Virus record (IMG/VR): IMGVR_UViG_3300043393_000115 | Span: 1-30,013 of that record | DNA: 30,013 nt | Direction: 5' to 3' (one strand) | From: a virus | Taxonomy: Duplodnaviria; Caudoviricetes | In this document: positions 8,298 to 16,547 of the stretch, one piece after another | Numbering within the stretch: the first letter of the stretch is position 1 | Layout of the letters: each line of letters begins with the position of its first letter | Translations under genes and position numbers: made by a program | Notes under the pieces: generated by a model | What the model was told of the DNA's origin: nothing | The model's input: only the letters and a program-made list of their open reading frames with translations | The model's database searches: none

Positions 8298-9789
8298 CGT
8301 ATACGACTTACTCCAGTTCGCCCCAGCTTTCTTTAAAATCTCAGACAAAGAAGGTCAAATCATTCCGTTTAAATTCAATAGAGCTCAGCTCTACGTACAT
8401 GAACGTATAGAAGATCAATTAAAGAGATTGGGATATGTTAGAGTATTAATACTGAAAGGGCGCCAACAGGGTATTTCAACTTATATTCAAGCACGCTATT
8501 TTCATAGAGTACTCACCGTCCCGGGCACCCAAGCGTTCATATTAACCCATATGGCAGATGCCACTCAAGCGATTTTTGAGATGGCTAAGCGATATAATAA
8601 TAATTTACCAGAAGGGCTTGCACCTGTCGCAGATAAAGACAATGACAACAGGCTCGTCTTTAACAGACTAAACTCAGGATATAGAGTTGGTACTGCAGGC
8701 TCCAAGCAAATTGGGAGGTCCATGACCAACCAGCTATTGCATCTATCAGAATATGCCATGTATGAAAACCACACTGAAATTAAATCAGGGATAGAGCAGA
8801 CTGTTGCGGATTTAAAAGGCACCGAAAAGATAAAAGAATCTACTGCCAAAGGCGTTGCGAACGCCTTCTACTCAGACTGGCAGGAAACATTAGAAGGAAA
8901 CTCAGACTGGGAATCAATTTTTGTCCCATGGTATTGGGATGATGGCTATACAAGAGACTCCCCTGAAATGGTTTTAACCGATGAAGAAAAAGATTGGATG
9001 CATCTGTACCAAGATAAAGGTCTTACAGTCAGGCATCTAGCGTGGAGACGAAACAAATTAGGGGATTTTTCAGGAGACTACACTCAAAAATGCAAAATGT
9101 TTTCTCAAGAGTACCCATTTACCGATTCTGAGGCCTTCCTAAATTCAATTGAAGATACTTTTATATCCATTGAACCCGTTCAGCGCGCTAGAAAGAATAG
9201 AATTACAACCGATTCTGCCCTGATTATTGGAGTTGACCCGGCCCGAGGTGGAATTGATAACAGCGCTATCATAAGACGCAAAGGAAGATGCGCTTATAAC
9301 TTAGAAATTCATCAAGGTTTGGATACCATGCAACTTGTTGGTAAACTAAAGACTATTCTTGATAGAGAGCACCCGTTTAAGGTTTTTATTGACTGCATAG
9401 GAATAGGGGCAGGTGTAGTCGATAGGTTAAATCAGATGGGATATGAATGTGTTATGGGTATCAACGTAGCAAGGACTGCTAATAACACCGATAGGTTTGC
9501 TAACCTACGAGCCGAATTGTGGCATGAGATGCGAGAATGGTTTTTACAAGACATGCCGGTGCAAATACCTGATGACCCTGAGCTTCAGAAAGAAATATGT
9601 GGACTTGGATATGGCGACAAACTTGGTAGATTGCTCATTGAAAGCAAGGACAAGGCGAAATCCAGAGGGATGGCAAGCCCTGATAGGGCTGATGCTCTGA
9701 TGATGACATTTGCTTTTGGTCAGTATGCAGGGGCGTCTTCTTATCAGCCTAACTATATACCGGAACATACAGCAGGAAGATTGATTTAA
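8290..9789 (+). CDS. terL: terminase large subunit
   Basis: LKGRQQGIST Walker A, LHLSE Walker B, ESTA, IGVDPA nuclease motif, SPDRADAL. Confidence 0.96.
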   Translation: MIDVYDLLQFAPAFFKISDKEGQIIPFKFNRAQLYVHERIEDQLKRLGYVRVLILKGRQQGISTYIQARYFHRVLTVPGTQAFILTHMADATQAIFEMAKRYNNNLPEGLAPVADKDNDNRLVFNRLNSGYRVGTAGSKQIGRSMTNQLLHLSEYAMYENHTEIKSGIEQTVADLKGTEKIKESTAKGVANAFYSDWQETLEGNSDWESIFVPWYWDDGYTRDSPEMVLTDEEKDWMHLYQDKGLTVRHLAWRRNKLGDFSGDYTQKCKMFSQEYPFTDSEAFLNSIEDTFISIEPVQRARKNRITTDSALIIGVDPARGGIDNSAIIRRKGRCAYNLEIHQGLDTMQLVGKLKTILDREHPFKVFIDCIGIGAGVVDRLNQMGYECVMGINVARTANNTDRFANLRAELWHEMREWFLQDMPVQIPDDPELQKEICGLGYGDKLGRLLIESKDKAKSRGMASPDRADALMMTFAFGQYAGASSYQPNYIPEHTAGRLI

Positions 9790-9797
9790 ATATCTTA

Positions 9798-9975
9798 TCT
9801 ACCCATGGTAGAAGGAGTTGGGCAGTCGTTATGCGTAAGCCCCTTTATTGATTTAAGAATAAAACAGCAAGCCTCTGATGTAAGCTCAAATCGCTGTTAA
9901 CCAAAGGGCTGCGCCACGCTCTATCGCTAGCAGAAATGGGCAAGGTTACGATGTGATTCTTGTCCTAGTGGCGCA
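9798..9975 (+). ncRNA. candidate structured RNA between terL and portal
   Basis: Several nested inverted repeats in a 225-nt non-coding gap (see findings). Confidence 0.4.
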
Positions 9976-10014
9976 TTAATAAAACCTAAAACCATCTTAA
10001 AAGGATTTAAGATT

Positions 10015-12315
10015 ATGGCTAGGAAAGCTCCGAAATTAGCGCGTGAAGCACGTCTTGCATGCGAAAAGTGGCGCGAACACTTTAAATACAACATAGATTT
10101 ATATCATGAGATGCACACCTTCATTCTTGGCCAGCAATGGAGCCAAGACGAAGAAGACGACATGATTAATACTTTCCGAAAAGTCCCCATGACTGCGAAT
10201 AAGCTAGGGGCTATGTCTAATTCCCTTTTAGGTGAGCAGCAGCAAAACACACCGCAGTTACAAGTAGTTCCCATGACGAACTGCGACGAACAAACAGCTC
10301 ACCTTCGCGAAATAATAGTTAAAGATATCGTCTTCTCAACGGATGCAAAGATTGCTTATCAAACTGCAGCAGCACAATCTGCTAATGGTGGCTATGGGGC
10401 ATACTTCATCGGCACAGACTACAAATCCCCGCGCTCTTTTGAGCTCGACATCATATACGGCTATTTCAAAGACTCAACAAGAACTTACTTTGATATAGGT
10501 GCTGAAAAGCCCAATAAGACAGACGGAATGCATGGCGGATATATAGTTCGCATGAGTCGCCAAAAATTCAGAGAACTGTACGGCAAAGAGCTTGAAGAAA
10601 AAGTATCAAGGTCCATGGCGCCAACTGCCAGCAAAGAAGAAATCGCATTAGCTGTACAGCCTTCCGATGGTGACGATCCATTCACTTGGGCTGATAATGA
10701 AGCAATAACACTTCTGCATCACTTTAAGCGTAAATATGTCAAAGACACCCTTTATAAAATGTCTAATGGTAAAAGCTATGACCAAGATGAGCTTGACGAA
10801 CTAATTGAGCGCTCAATTATAATTAACAAACGTCATGAACGTGAAGAATTCGACCAGATGCAAGAAGCAGCCCTTAATGAAGTCATGGGAATGCCCCAAC
10901 AGCAATCACAAGGAATGCAGCAACAAGAACAAATGCAAGGCATGCAAGAAGAGCAGCAAAACCCTGAAATGGCTAATCCTAATGAAGTGCCTGAGGAATT
11001 AGATGAAGGCCTAATGACCCTGTGGGATGACGGGGAACCTGTCAGAATTGAAGATAGCAAGCCCTTTAAATCTTATAAGATTATGCACTATGAAATAGCA
11101 GGGGATTATATTTTAGAAGAAGAAGAGTTCCCATCCGAAGATATCCCTGTAATCTTTGTTGATCAGAATTCTTATTATGATAAATCCGGTAAGCAAATAT
11201 GCAGATCATTCTTGGGGGATTGCAAAGATATACAGCGTTACATTAACTATCTTAGAACGCAATCAGCTTATATCTTAAAAGTCAGTAGGTATGACCAGTT
11301 CATGGGTTCAAAACAAAACGTTCAAAGCTTAGATACGCAAAGAAACTGGCGTGACCCGAATTCTATACAAGGACTTTTAACTTATGATGAGTCGCAAAGT
11401 GGCGCTAAGCCTGAGCAACTCCGCGCACCTGAGCTATCGCAAAGCCTTATCCAGCAGTATGAGCTTGCTATTAATGACCTATACTTGGCCACAGGATTAT
11501 ATCCAACAAGAATGGGTCAGCAAGGAAACGAAGTATCTGGGGATGCAATTGACGCTCGAACCAGGCAAGGCTCTTACGCAACTTATGTTTATTTTAACTC
11601 TATCAATCGCGCAATTGCCGCAGGTGGCGAAATCGTTAATCAAATGATACCTAGAGTTTATGATTCTGAGCGCGTATTAACACTTATGATGCCTGATGAG
11701 GGAATGAAGAACATAACCATCAATAAACAAGCTGATGAGTACGGTGAGCTTATTGAAAACGATATTCGTAAAGGCACTTATGAAGTTCGCCTTAAACCAG
11801 GCCCAAGTTATGAGGGACAGAAAGAACAAGCATTACAATCTCTACAGCAAGTCCTACAGGCAAATCCTGAAACCTTTAACCTAGTTGCAGACCTTTATGC
11901 CGATAACCTGCCTCTAGCTAACAACATAGAGATTAGAAACCGACTTAAAACAATGGTGCCTCCTCAGATTATCGAAGCCGGAAAGACAGGAAAAATGCCG
12001 CATGAAAATGGCCAAAACTCACCTTCCCCGGAAGAGCAAGCCATGCAAATGCAGCAGCAACAGATGCAGATGGAGATGCAGTTTAAGCAGCAAGAAATTG
12101 AGATTAAGAAACAAGAATTGCAATTAAAAGCTCAGCAACAGCAAATAGATTTAGAGATTGAAAAGCAAAAATTACAAGCTGAAGAGATGGAAGTTCTAGG
12201 CCAAATTGAAGAACAAAAACTACGCTACTTAGCTGAAACAAATAGAACAGAAAGTGATACATCCATTGCTCATGCTAATAACTTAGTTAAGATTTTAACG
12301 CATAAAATTGGCTAG
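10015..12315 (+). CDS. P22-like portal protein
   Basis: 766 aa after terL; GQQW, KDIQRYINY, SGDAIDAR, GTYEVRLKPGPSY motifs; Q-rich coiled-coil C-terminus. Confidence 0.93.
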   Translation: MARKAPKLAREARLACEKWREHFKYNIDLYHEMHTFILGQQWSQDEEDDMINTFRKVPMTANKLGAMSNSLLGEQQQNTPQLQVVPMTNCDEQTAHLREIIVKDIVFSTDAKIAYQTAAAQSANGGYGAYFIGTDYKSPRSFELDIIYGYFKDSTRTYFDIGAEKPNKTDGMHGGYIVRMSRQKFRELYGKELEEKVSRSMAPTASKEEIALAVQPSDGDDPFTWADNEAITLLHHFKRKYVKDTLYKMSNGKSYDQDELDELIERSIIINKRHEREEFDQMQEAALNEVMGMPQQQSQGMQQQEQMQGMQEEQQNPEMANPNEVPEELDEGLMTLWDDGEPVRIEDSKPFKSYKIMHYEIAGDYILEEEEFPSEDIPVIFVDQNSYYDKSGKQICRSFLGDCKDIQRYINYLRTQSAYILKVSRYDQFMGSKQNVQSLDTQRNWRDPNSIQGLLTYDESQSGAKPEQLRAPELSQSLIQQYELAINDLYLATGLYPTRMGQQGNEVSGDAIDARTRQGSYATYVYFNSINRAIAAGGEIVNQMIPRVYDSERVLTLMMPDEGMKNITINKQADEYGELIENDIRKGTYEVRLKPGPSYEGQKEQALQSLQQVLQANPETFNLVADLYADNLPLANNIEIRNRLKTMVPPQIIEAGKTGKMPHENGQNSPSPEEQAMQMQQQQMQMEMQFKQQEIEIKKQELQLKAQQQQIDLEIEKQKLQAEEMEVLGQIEEQKLRYLAETNRTESDTSIAHANNLVKILTHKIG

Positions 12316-12351
12316 ATTTACAGGTTTTTAACAATACAAGGAATGTATGTT

Positions 12352-13242
12352 ATGGCTACAGAAACAAGCAGTATCGATGAATTATTAGTGAGCGAGATAA
12401 CATCTACTCGCCCAGCAGCTCCTGAAACGCAATACGAACCTGAAGATGAGACTTACGATGAACCCGTTTCCGGTAATGCAAGCAATGATGTCTCAGAGGA
12501 CTCACAAGATGAAGGTGAGGAAGAACCATCAGAGCAAGACGCCAGCGAAGAAAGCCCCTCAAAAGAGCGCGAAGTTGACGATTATGGGAATGCTAAGAAA
12601 GCTCCTAGGACTTACTCAGAAGAAGAAGTAAATGAAATGTTTCGTAAGCGCTTTAAAAATCAAGCGCCAGAGGTCCAGCAACAAATGCAGCAACAACAAG
12701 CCCAAGGAACTGGATTTGAATATAACCCAGAATCTACTGAGAGTTGGCAAACCCAGTTAGAGCAGTTTGTTGAAGCAACTATCTCGAAAGTATCTCAAAA
12801 GCAAGTTCAAGCACAACACCAGCAACGCGAAGCACAAGCGCAAATGGAGTTTGAGGACAAGTTCACACGTGGCATGGAAAGGTTTAGCGACTTTAGAGAC
12901 GTGGTTGGAGCGGCTCAGATTGATGATCCTATGACTTATGCGCTCAGAGGCATGAACGACCCGGCGGCCTTTATCTATGCTGCTGCCAAAAGACAGCCCC
13001 AAGAGCTATCCAGGATATCCAATATCCAAGACCCATATGCCAAAATGGTTGAGATGGGGAAATTAGAGGAGCGTATGCGTAAAACAGCAGCTAGCACCTC
13101 AGCGCCTAGACCTATTACCCGGGCCCGGGAAGATGGTTCTATGCCTATTAACAATGCTAAGAAAGAGGCGAGCATCGAGGACTTAATAGCGAAATCTGAC
13201 GCAAAAAGGCGCGCACAGTTGGTTGCTAAAAGGGGTAGGTAG
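12352..13242 (+). CDS. scaffolding protein (start MATETSS)
   Basis: Acidic disordered N-terminus, helical Q-rich core, basic C-terminus; lies between portal and coat. Confidence 0.8.
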   Translation: MATETSSIDELLVSEITSTRPAAPETQYEPEDETYDEPVSGNASNDVSEDSQDEGEEEPSEQDASEESPSKEREVDDYGNAKKAPRTYSEEEVNEMFRKRFKNQAPEVQQQMQQQQAQGTGFEYNPESTESWQTQLEQFVEATISKVSQKQVQAQHQQREAQAQMEFEDKFTRGMERFSDFRDVVGAAQIDDPMTYALRGMNDPAAFIYAAAKRQPQELSRISNIQDPYAKMVEMGKLEERMRKTAASTSAPRPITRAREDGSMPINNAKKEASIEDLIAKSDAKRRAQLVAKRGR

Positions 13243-13249
13243 ATGTTTA

Positions 13250-13295
13250 GTAAGCATCACCAACCTTGGTGCCAAATAACCCAGGTGATGCTTAC
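13250..13295. terminator. 12-bp inverted repeat between the convergent scaffold and toxin genes
   Basis: GTAAGCATCACC / GGTGATGCTTAC; no strong U tract. Confidence 0.5.
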
Positions 13296-13325
13296 GGTAT
13301 GGAATTTTAAGTGGTTTTTGTATGT

Positions 13326-13610
13326 TTACAAGATATATTTTTTGAGTTCTCTATAGAAATTCTCATGAACACCAAGAGTGTATAAAGTTCTGCTCTCAGC
13401 ATCCCATTGATAAGAAATTAAATATTCTTGTGAATTTATCTTAAATTTATATACAAAGAAGTTACGCAAATCCCCTGCTTTCTCTTCGCCTATTTTTGGA
13501 TTTTTTACTATGTTTTCTATCGCATCGTCTACGCATATTTTAGCGTTTTTATGCAATTTTTTGTACGCCTTTTTAAAAACAGGCATCCATTCTATTTGTA
13601 TGCTATTCAT
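13326..13610 (-). CDS. relE: type II toxin, RelE/ParE superfamily (start MNSIQIEW)
   Basis: FKKAYKKL...NPKIGEEKAGDLRNFFVYKFK...LGVHENFYRELK; overlaps the antitoxin end. Confidence 0.9.
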   Translation of the reverse strand: MNSIQIEWMPVFKKAYKKLHKNAKICVDDAIENIVKNPKIGEEKAGDLRNFFVYKFKINSQEYLISYQWDAESRTLYTLGVHENFYRELKKYIL

Positions 13611-13830
13611 TACGTCCTTCAAAATGAAATGGTTCTGACAGTGACTTATCCTGCTTTGCCGAAATTAAAGTATCCCTTATAAACTCGATAGGTAAATCAG
13701 GGTTGTCTAAGGCGCATTTTCCCAAGGTCGCCCAGAACTCTATCTGCGATGGAACGGATCTAAACTCTGAATTGGCCACCATTTTTGCATCGTTATATAT
13801 TTTCTCGCTAATCCTAATTGGTATTCCCAT
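13603..13830 (-). CDS. ParD-like (ribbon-helix-helix) antitoxin (start MGIPIRIS)
   Basis: IRISE...RSVPSQIEFWATLGKCALDNPDLPIEFI family pattern; upstream of the toxin. Confidence 0.88.
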   Translation of the reverse strand: MGIPIRISEKIYNDAKMVANSEFRSVPSQIEFWATLGKCALDNPDLPIEFIRDTLISAKQDKSLSEPFHFEGRNE

Positions 13831-13857
13831 CTCTATTCCTCTGTTTTGGTAATGTAT

Positions 13858-13873
13858 TGCAACAATTGTAGCA
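13858..13873 (-). promoter_or_regulatory. TA promoter/operator
   Basis: Near-palindrome TGCAACAATTGTAGCA containing a minus-strand extended -10 TGCTACAAT. Confidence 0.55.
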
Positions 13874-13935
13874 TTCAATGATTGATAATACTACCAATGA
13901 TTGATATTAATTAAGTCGCGACCAATTACACCATT

Positions 13936-13964
13936 TTGACAATAATTGTAGCGATAGTTATTCT
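13936..13964 (+). promoter_or_regulatory. sigma70 promoter for the coat gene
   Basis: TTGACA-N17-TATTCT. Confidence 0.7.
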
Positions 13965-13970
13965 ATGAAC

Positions 13971-14034
13971 TGACGTGTAAATCTCAAGCCCCGTCACTTG
14001 AAAATATTAGCGTGTATCGTCTTTCCGCAAAGAC
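13971..14034 (+). ncRNA. tandem pseudoknot-like cis element in the coat 5' leader
   Basis: Two units of CGTGTA plus a hairpin whose loop is complementary to the 5' flank. Confidence 0.5.
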
Positions 14035-14091
14035 AAAGGATGAAATTGTTTTCTAATTTTAATCGTTGTCATTGTATAAGGATCATACAAA

Positions 14092-15333
14092 ATGGCTAAT
14101 ATTATGCAAACAACACAATATGTGTTGGATGATGTATTCGTGCGCTTTTGGAATTCTCTCGCTTTCGCACGCACGGCGAATAGAAACCTTGAAGGTGACT
14201 TCAAAAACCTACGCTTCGCAACTGGCCAAACTGTTAACTACCGTCTAGAAGAAAGATATCTAGCTGGTGAAGGTGCAACAGCGACAGCCGAAGCTCGCGT
14301 TCAGGTAATAAGACCTTTAACAATATCCAAGCAATTCCGTACCATGATTGAGTACACAGGGTTTAACTTAACCTTTGATCGTGCTCGTGATGAACCTTAT
14401 CTAGAAATGGCAAATGCACCTCGTGCTAAGCGTTTAGCTAACATGGTTGAAGGCTTCATTGCTACAGATAACTTACAAAAACAAGTTTATCAAGCAGTCG
14501 GAACTCCTGGTGTTCCCGTTGATTTCAACACCATATTAACTGCCGATGCTTACATGACAGAACTTGCTATACCTGAAGATGGAAAAAGGTATTGCGGTGT
14601 TCCTCCTCGTGTGTCTGCTAACTTAAACAGCAACTTGTACAACGTGTTTAATAATACAGTCAACACCGGCGCATTGATCGACGGCTTCATAGGTCACCTG
14701 TCTGGCTTTGACTTCTTTAAGACTAACTTCTTAACAAGGCAAATAGCTGGTGCTGGACAAGCTGGTGGTACTCCTCCTGCTGGATTTTCACTAGCTGGTA
14801 CTGTGACCAACGGACCCATAACAGGCGGTAACACTATAGCCTTAACAGGGTTGGTAGCATCCACTGTCGTGTTCAATGAAGGCGATATAATTGAGGTTGA
14901 TGATGCTGCAGGCGTGTTCATGGTTAACCCATTAACTTATGAACCTTTGCAACAACGTGCCCAGTTCGTAGTGACAGCGCAGGTTATATCAACTGGCGGC
15001 GGTACTGCAAACGTACCGGTGAACCCAACAATCGTTATCTCTGGGGCCAGACAAAATATCTCTGCTGCCATTCCTAATGGTGCTCAGATGTTACTGCGTT
15101 TATCACATAACGTATCTATTGCTTATCACACTCAAGCAATCGTGTTTGCAGCTCCTCCAATAAAAGAACTTAGAGGAGGCGTTGAAGCTGTTACCCGTTA
15201 TAGCGACCTATACAAACTAGCCATGACTTACTCATTAGGTGCGGATATTCGTAACTATGAGCAGCTAGACCGTATAGACGTTATCTGCGGTGTTGCTATC
15301 AATCCAGAGTTTGCAGTTCGTATCTGCTCGTAA
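14092..15333 (+). CDS. major capsid protein (P22 coat-like)
   Basis: 413 aa; MAN start, GQTVNYR, IGHLSGFDF, AYHTQAIVFAAPP, RIDVICGVAINPEFAVR. Confidence 0.93.
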   Translation: MANIMQTTQYVLDDVFVRFWNSLAFARTANRNLEGDFKNLRFATGQTVNYRLEERYLAGEGATATAEARVQVIRPLTISKQFRTMIEYTGFNLTFDRARDEPYLEMANAPRAKRLANMVEGFIATDNLQKQVYQAVGTPGVPVDFNTILTADAYMTELAIPEDGKRYCGVPPRVSANLNSNLYNVFNNTVNTGALIDGFIGHLSGFDFFKTNFLTRQIAGAGQAGGTPPAGFSLAGTVTNGPITGGNTIALTGLVASTVVFNEGDIIEVDDAAGVFMVNPLTYEPLQQRAQFVVTAQVISTGGGTANVPVNPTIVISGARQNISAAIPNGAQMLLRLSHNVSIAYHTQAIVFAAPPIKELRGGVEAVTRYSDLYKLAMTYSLGADIRNYEQLDRIDVICGVAINPEFAVRICS

Positions 15334-15399
15334 CTCACATGCGGTTGACACTTGCCATTTTTAGGTATGTTTCAACCGCATGCTTCTTTAAGGATAAAG

Positions 15400-15603
15400 A
15401 TGCAAGAAATAGACGATTCACACGTACTCTATCTTGGGAGAGTAATCCCAAAATCCGATTTTAGAGTATTCATTTATGGGTATGACGGCGCATTAAAACT
15501 CGTTGACACCTATGAGGAATATGAAATTTACATGGAAACGGGCAATTGGTTTCCAGAACTTAAAGATGTGCCAGAAAAAAAACCCCGTAAAAAAGAGGGA
15601 TAA
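15400..15603 (+). CDS. hypothetical small virion-region protein (start MQEIDD)
   Basis: AAGGA RBS before ATG 15400; basic tail. Confidence 0.7.
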   Translation: MQEIDDSHVLYLGRVIPKSDFRVFIYGYDGALKLVDTYEEYEIYMETGNWFPELKDVPEKKPRKKEG

Positions 15604-15605
15604 AA

Positions 15606-16547
15606 ATGGCCTACACATTCAGAGATTTTGCATTCCAGGTTTATAGGCTAATTAATGCCTCAAACCCTACAGTGCCGCTACATGGTGATGACGAAAAGCT
15701 TTGCTTGCAAGTTTTAAATCAGCTTATGCAATCCTATGCCTCTACAGGCCTTATGCTTACCATTGCAAAGACAGTGACATGTCCTATTAATATTGGCGAT
15801 AATACTATTCGCTTTGTGGGAAATAATTATCCAACGGATACTATTGTCAGAGAGCTTGTAACACTAACGCTTAATTCACCTTCTTTTAGCGTCGCAGATG
15901 GCACAATTTATAGCATTGGAGATTTGGTCACAGGGAATGGCATACCAGCCTTAACAGCCATTGAATCAATTGACGGAAACCTAATAACCCTAACTAACGA
16001 CTCAACACTGACAGGGTCATCAACCCTTACCTTTACTCAGCCCGTGGTCATTCCAGGCATTGTGTTTATAAAAGGTGGAAGGCTTTCGAATCTAGATAGC
16101 GCATGGTTAACATTATCAGGGGTTACTTACCCTCTAATTGATAAATCTAGGGATGAGTACTTAGCAGCCTGGAAATATGAGCCTCTCCAAGGACTTCCTA
16201 GGTTTGCTATAACTTTCCCAGACACCGAATGGGTGGATGTTAAGTTATATCCGGCACCTTCCCAATTCTTTCAATTTTTTGCTAGATGCAAACTGCAATT
16301 ATCTGAGTACACAAAAGACTCTGATATGTCGAATTTGCCACAGTATTACATCCGATATCTGCTTTATGCCTGTGCAAGAGATGTGTCGCTCTTTAAAGGC
16401 CGTGCTGATGCGTGGACGCAAAGGCTTGAACAAACCTATCAAGAAGCACTAAACATCATGGTAGCTTCTAGTGAGGTTAATTTATCTATAGCAGGTGATG
16501 AGCAATCGCTTTTAAACGGAGCGTGGCGAGTTAGGGCAGGTGTGTAA
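15606..16547 (+). CDS. putative head-tail adaptor (P22 gp4 position)
   Basis: Helical N-terminus CLQVLNQLMQSY, LYPAP, LPQYYIRYLLYACA; synteny. Confidence 0.72.
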   Translation: MAYTFRDFAFQVYRLINASNPTVPLHGDDEKLCLQVLNQLMQSYASTGLMLTIAKTVTCPINIGDNTIRFVGNNYPTDTIVRELVTLTLNSPSFSVADGTIYSIGDLVTGNGIPALTAIESIDGNLITLTNDSTLTGSSTLTFTQPVVIPGIVFIKGGRLSNLDSAWLTLSGVTYPLIDKSRDEYLAAWKYEPLQGLPRFAITFPDTEWVDVKLYPAPSQFFQFFARCKLQLSEYTKDSDMSNLPQYYIRYLLYACARDVSLFKGRADAWTQRLEQTYQEALNIMVASSEVNLSIAGDEQSLLNGAWRVRAGV

